A stretch of 16,848 nucleotides of DNA. It comes from Vulcanimicrobiaceae bacterium. Lineage in GTDB: Bacteria; Vulcanimicrobiota; Vulcanimicrobiia; Vulcanimicrobiales; Vulcanimicrobiaceae. This document shows, one piece after another, positions 16,301 through 16,848 of the stretch. A model generated the notes under the pieces. The model made no database searches. It worked only from the letters and a program-made list of their open reading frames with translations, and was not told the DNA's origin. The DNA lies in contig JBHEMM010000045.1 in assembly GCA_046262595.1 (NCBI GenBank), positions 1-16,848 of the forward strand, given 5' to 3'. The position numbers were made by a program, and so were the translations under genes. Position 1 is the stretch's first letter; every line of letters begins with the position of its first letter.

Positions 16301-16848
16301 GGCCGCCTTGCAAACGATGCGCGGACCTGCAATAACGCCGTGTCGTCACCCGGCTTGTCGGGTGGGGGGCTCGTTTACGTTCCGGTCGATCACGCAGGCA
16401 ACGGCAGACGTTCCGATGAGGAAGCGGACCGTATCGTTCGCGAGGTCACGCTTTTGCTCCAAGGCAATGTCACGGTCAGCGGCCATTCGCGGCGGCCTAT
16501 GACGGAGCGCGACATTCTCATCGTCGCGCCCTACAATTTACAACGCTTGCGCATTCAAGAACTCCTACGCGCCGCCGGCTTGGAGGGCGTCAAAGTCGGG
16601 ACCGTCGACAAGTTCCAAGGCCAAGAAGCACCCGTTGTGTTTTATTCCATGGCGACCTCGAGCCATTCAGATATGCCGCGCGGAATCGAGTTCTTGTTCG
16701 ACCGCAACCGGTTTAACGTGGCGATCTCGCGCGCCCAATGCATGAGCGTGTTGGTTTGCAGCCCGCGTTTATTGGATGCTCGGTGCCCCAAGCCGGAAGC
16801 AATGGCGCTCGTGAACTTACTCTGCGCGTATGCCGAGTCAGCCTTGCC
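13385..16848 (+). CDS. TM0106-family RecB/Cas4-like nuclease fused to an RNase H-like domain and a DNA2/NAM7(Upf1)-type SF1 helicase; 3'-partial
   Basis: GGAG SD plus GTG 13385. Manual translation of motif-bearing segments: MQLIDGRYVYSASDLNNYLECKH; GRADFL...YEVIDTKLA...QL..Y (PD-(D/E)xK); ECTHCAICPWDVTC; FFDIEGDP, YHYAAYE, YSIKKVE, YNEDDC; Walker A QGPPGSGKS (15701-15727); DEAGQ; GDPQQLP; YRMHP; TVDKFQGQE; NRFNVAISRA. The start and the last codons are in the same frame (1154 codons to the edge). Confidence 0.93.
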   Translation, partial: MQLIDGRYVYSASDLNNYLECKHLTELDRQVARGERTRPPRDAGTDLIARKGDEHERRYLERLRDLYGDGVVAFEERAENSTAGLLAAEAQTVAAMAQGAHLIYQATFFDGEFLGRADFLRRIEVPCERWAWSYEVIDTKLALSPKPYFLIQLCHYSEHLARIQGTTPRYGYIVLGSSEERRFTLSDYSAYYRHVKRSLLDSDSHAEPVEAPPKPQTYPLECTHCAICPWDVTCEKQRDDDDHLSIVAGMRGDQINKLQGAGITTLAQLACATAEQRPHKMSEVTFDYVRTQAAQQHLHRQAKRNGDGIKHFYKFRPQADDLSGFAKLPEPAAGDVFFDIEGDPLYRADRGLEYLWGVYVPPCHPEGIEGAYRAFWAKEPAQEQKAFEDFVDFVVERRKQYPKMHVYHYAAYEVSVLKRLMGRFASREREVDDFLRQGVFIDLYPVVRQGMWISQPSYSIKKVEAFYGLKRSTQTKGGDDSIVMFESWLASGDDRILEDIRAYNEDDCRSTYQLREWLTHLRQELNATLQAPIAWRPDPQVKPAEDDTRTELEHALLDNLPGPDSLQDLRNWSEPLRARWLLGNLLQYHRREAKPEWWKYFDRCKNPEDLLEFDDEAIAGLEWSCGVAPYKVKPTDRNSVYTYTFPPQEHRLGRKPHDPYTEKSAGDIVALDGAARRLQIKLAGGLEPSQLRALIPGTPIATVKKRKALETITSAYLSGNLETQFAATAGILLNRPPVLNDRPIGSTVQPEVVSIESVTATVRALNNSHLFVQGPPGSGKSTIGAAVIVNLIADGKRVGIVANSHKAVHNLLRKVEETAKVRALRFNGCHKETDTDGSTYEPYAEWPLMQSVQDIEELTAQGCQLAAGTTFAWADERLVAQFDYLFVDEAGQVSLADALVASLAAKNVVLLGDPQQLPQVSQGSHPVGCDLSVLQHLLADADTVAPERGLFLDKTYRMHPSICAFLSNAVYDGRLANDARTCNNAVSSPGLSGGGLVYVPVDHAGNGRRSDEEADRIVREVTLLLQGNVTVSGHSRRPMTERDILIVAPYNLQRLRIQELLRAAGLEGVKVGTVDKFQGQEAPVVFYSMATSSHSDMPRGIEFLFDRNRFNVAISRAQCMSVLVCSPRLLDARCPKPEAMALVNLLCAYAESAL

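Overview
GC-rich bacterial window, probably from a diderm because it encodes an outer-membrane-barrel-like protein; the lineage cannot be assigned from sequence alone. From left to right it holds: the left end of an IS3-family (IS407-like) element with a -1 frameshift signal; a lower-GC stretch with a divergent uracil-DNA-glycosylase-fold gene whose 5' end is broken; an exported S9 peptidase; a type II RHH-antitoxin/MazF(PemK) module; a cyclopropane fatty acid synthase; a small signal-peptide HNH protein; an HxlR-SCP2 regulator divergent from a VOC + DoxX pair; a blaI-like / M56 (BlaR1-like) / CBM9-DUF5916-like operon; and a TM0106-family nuclease-SF1 helicase fusion of at least 1154 codons that runs off the right edge and is missing from the ORF track. 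The best candidate for an undescribed system is the BlaI/BlaR-like operon, whose predicted extracytoplasmic sensor is a Cys-capped pentapeptide-repeat domain instead of a penicillin-binding domain. Other leads are the hairpin-dense leader in front of the nuclease-helicase and a recurrent TAnnnT-N6-ATG leaderless promoter architecture. All family calls come from motif recognition by eye; no database searches were run.
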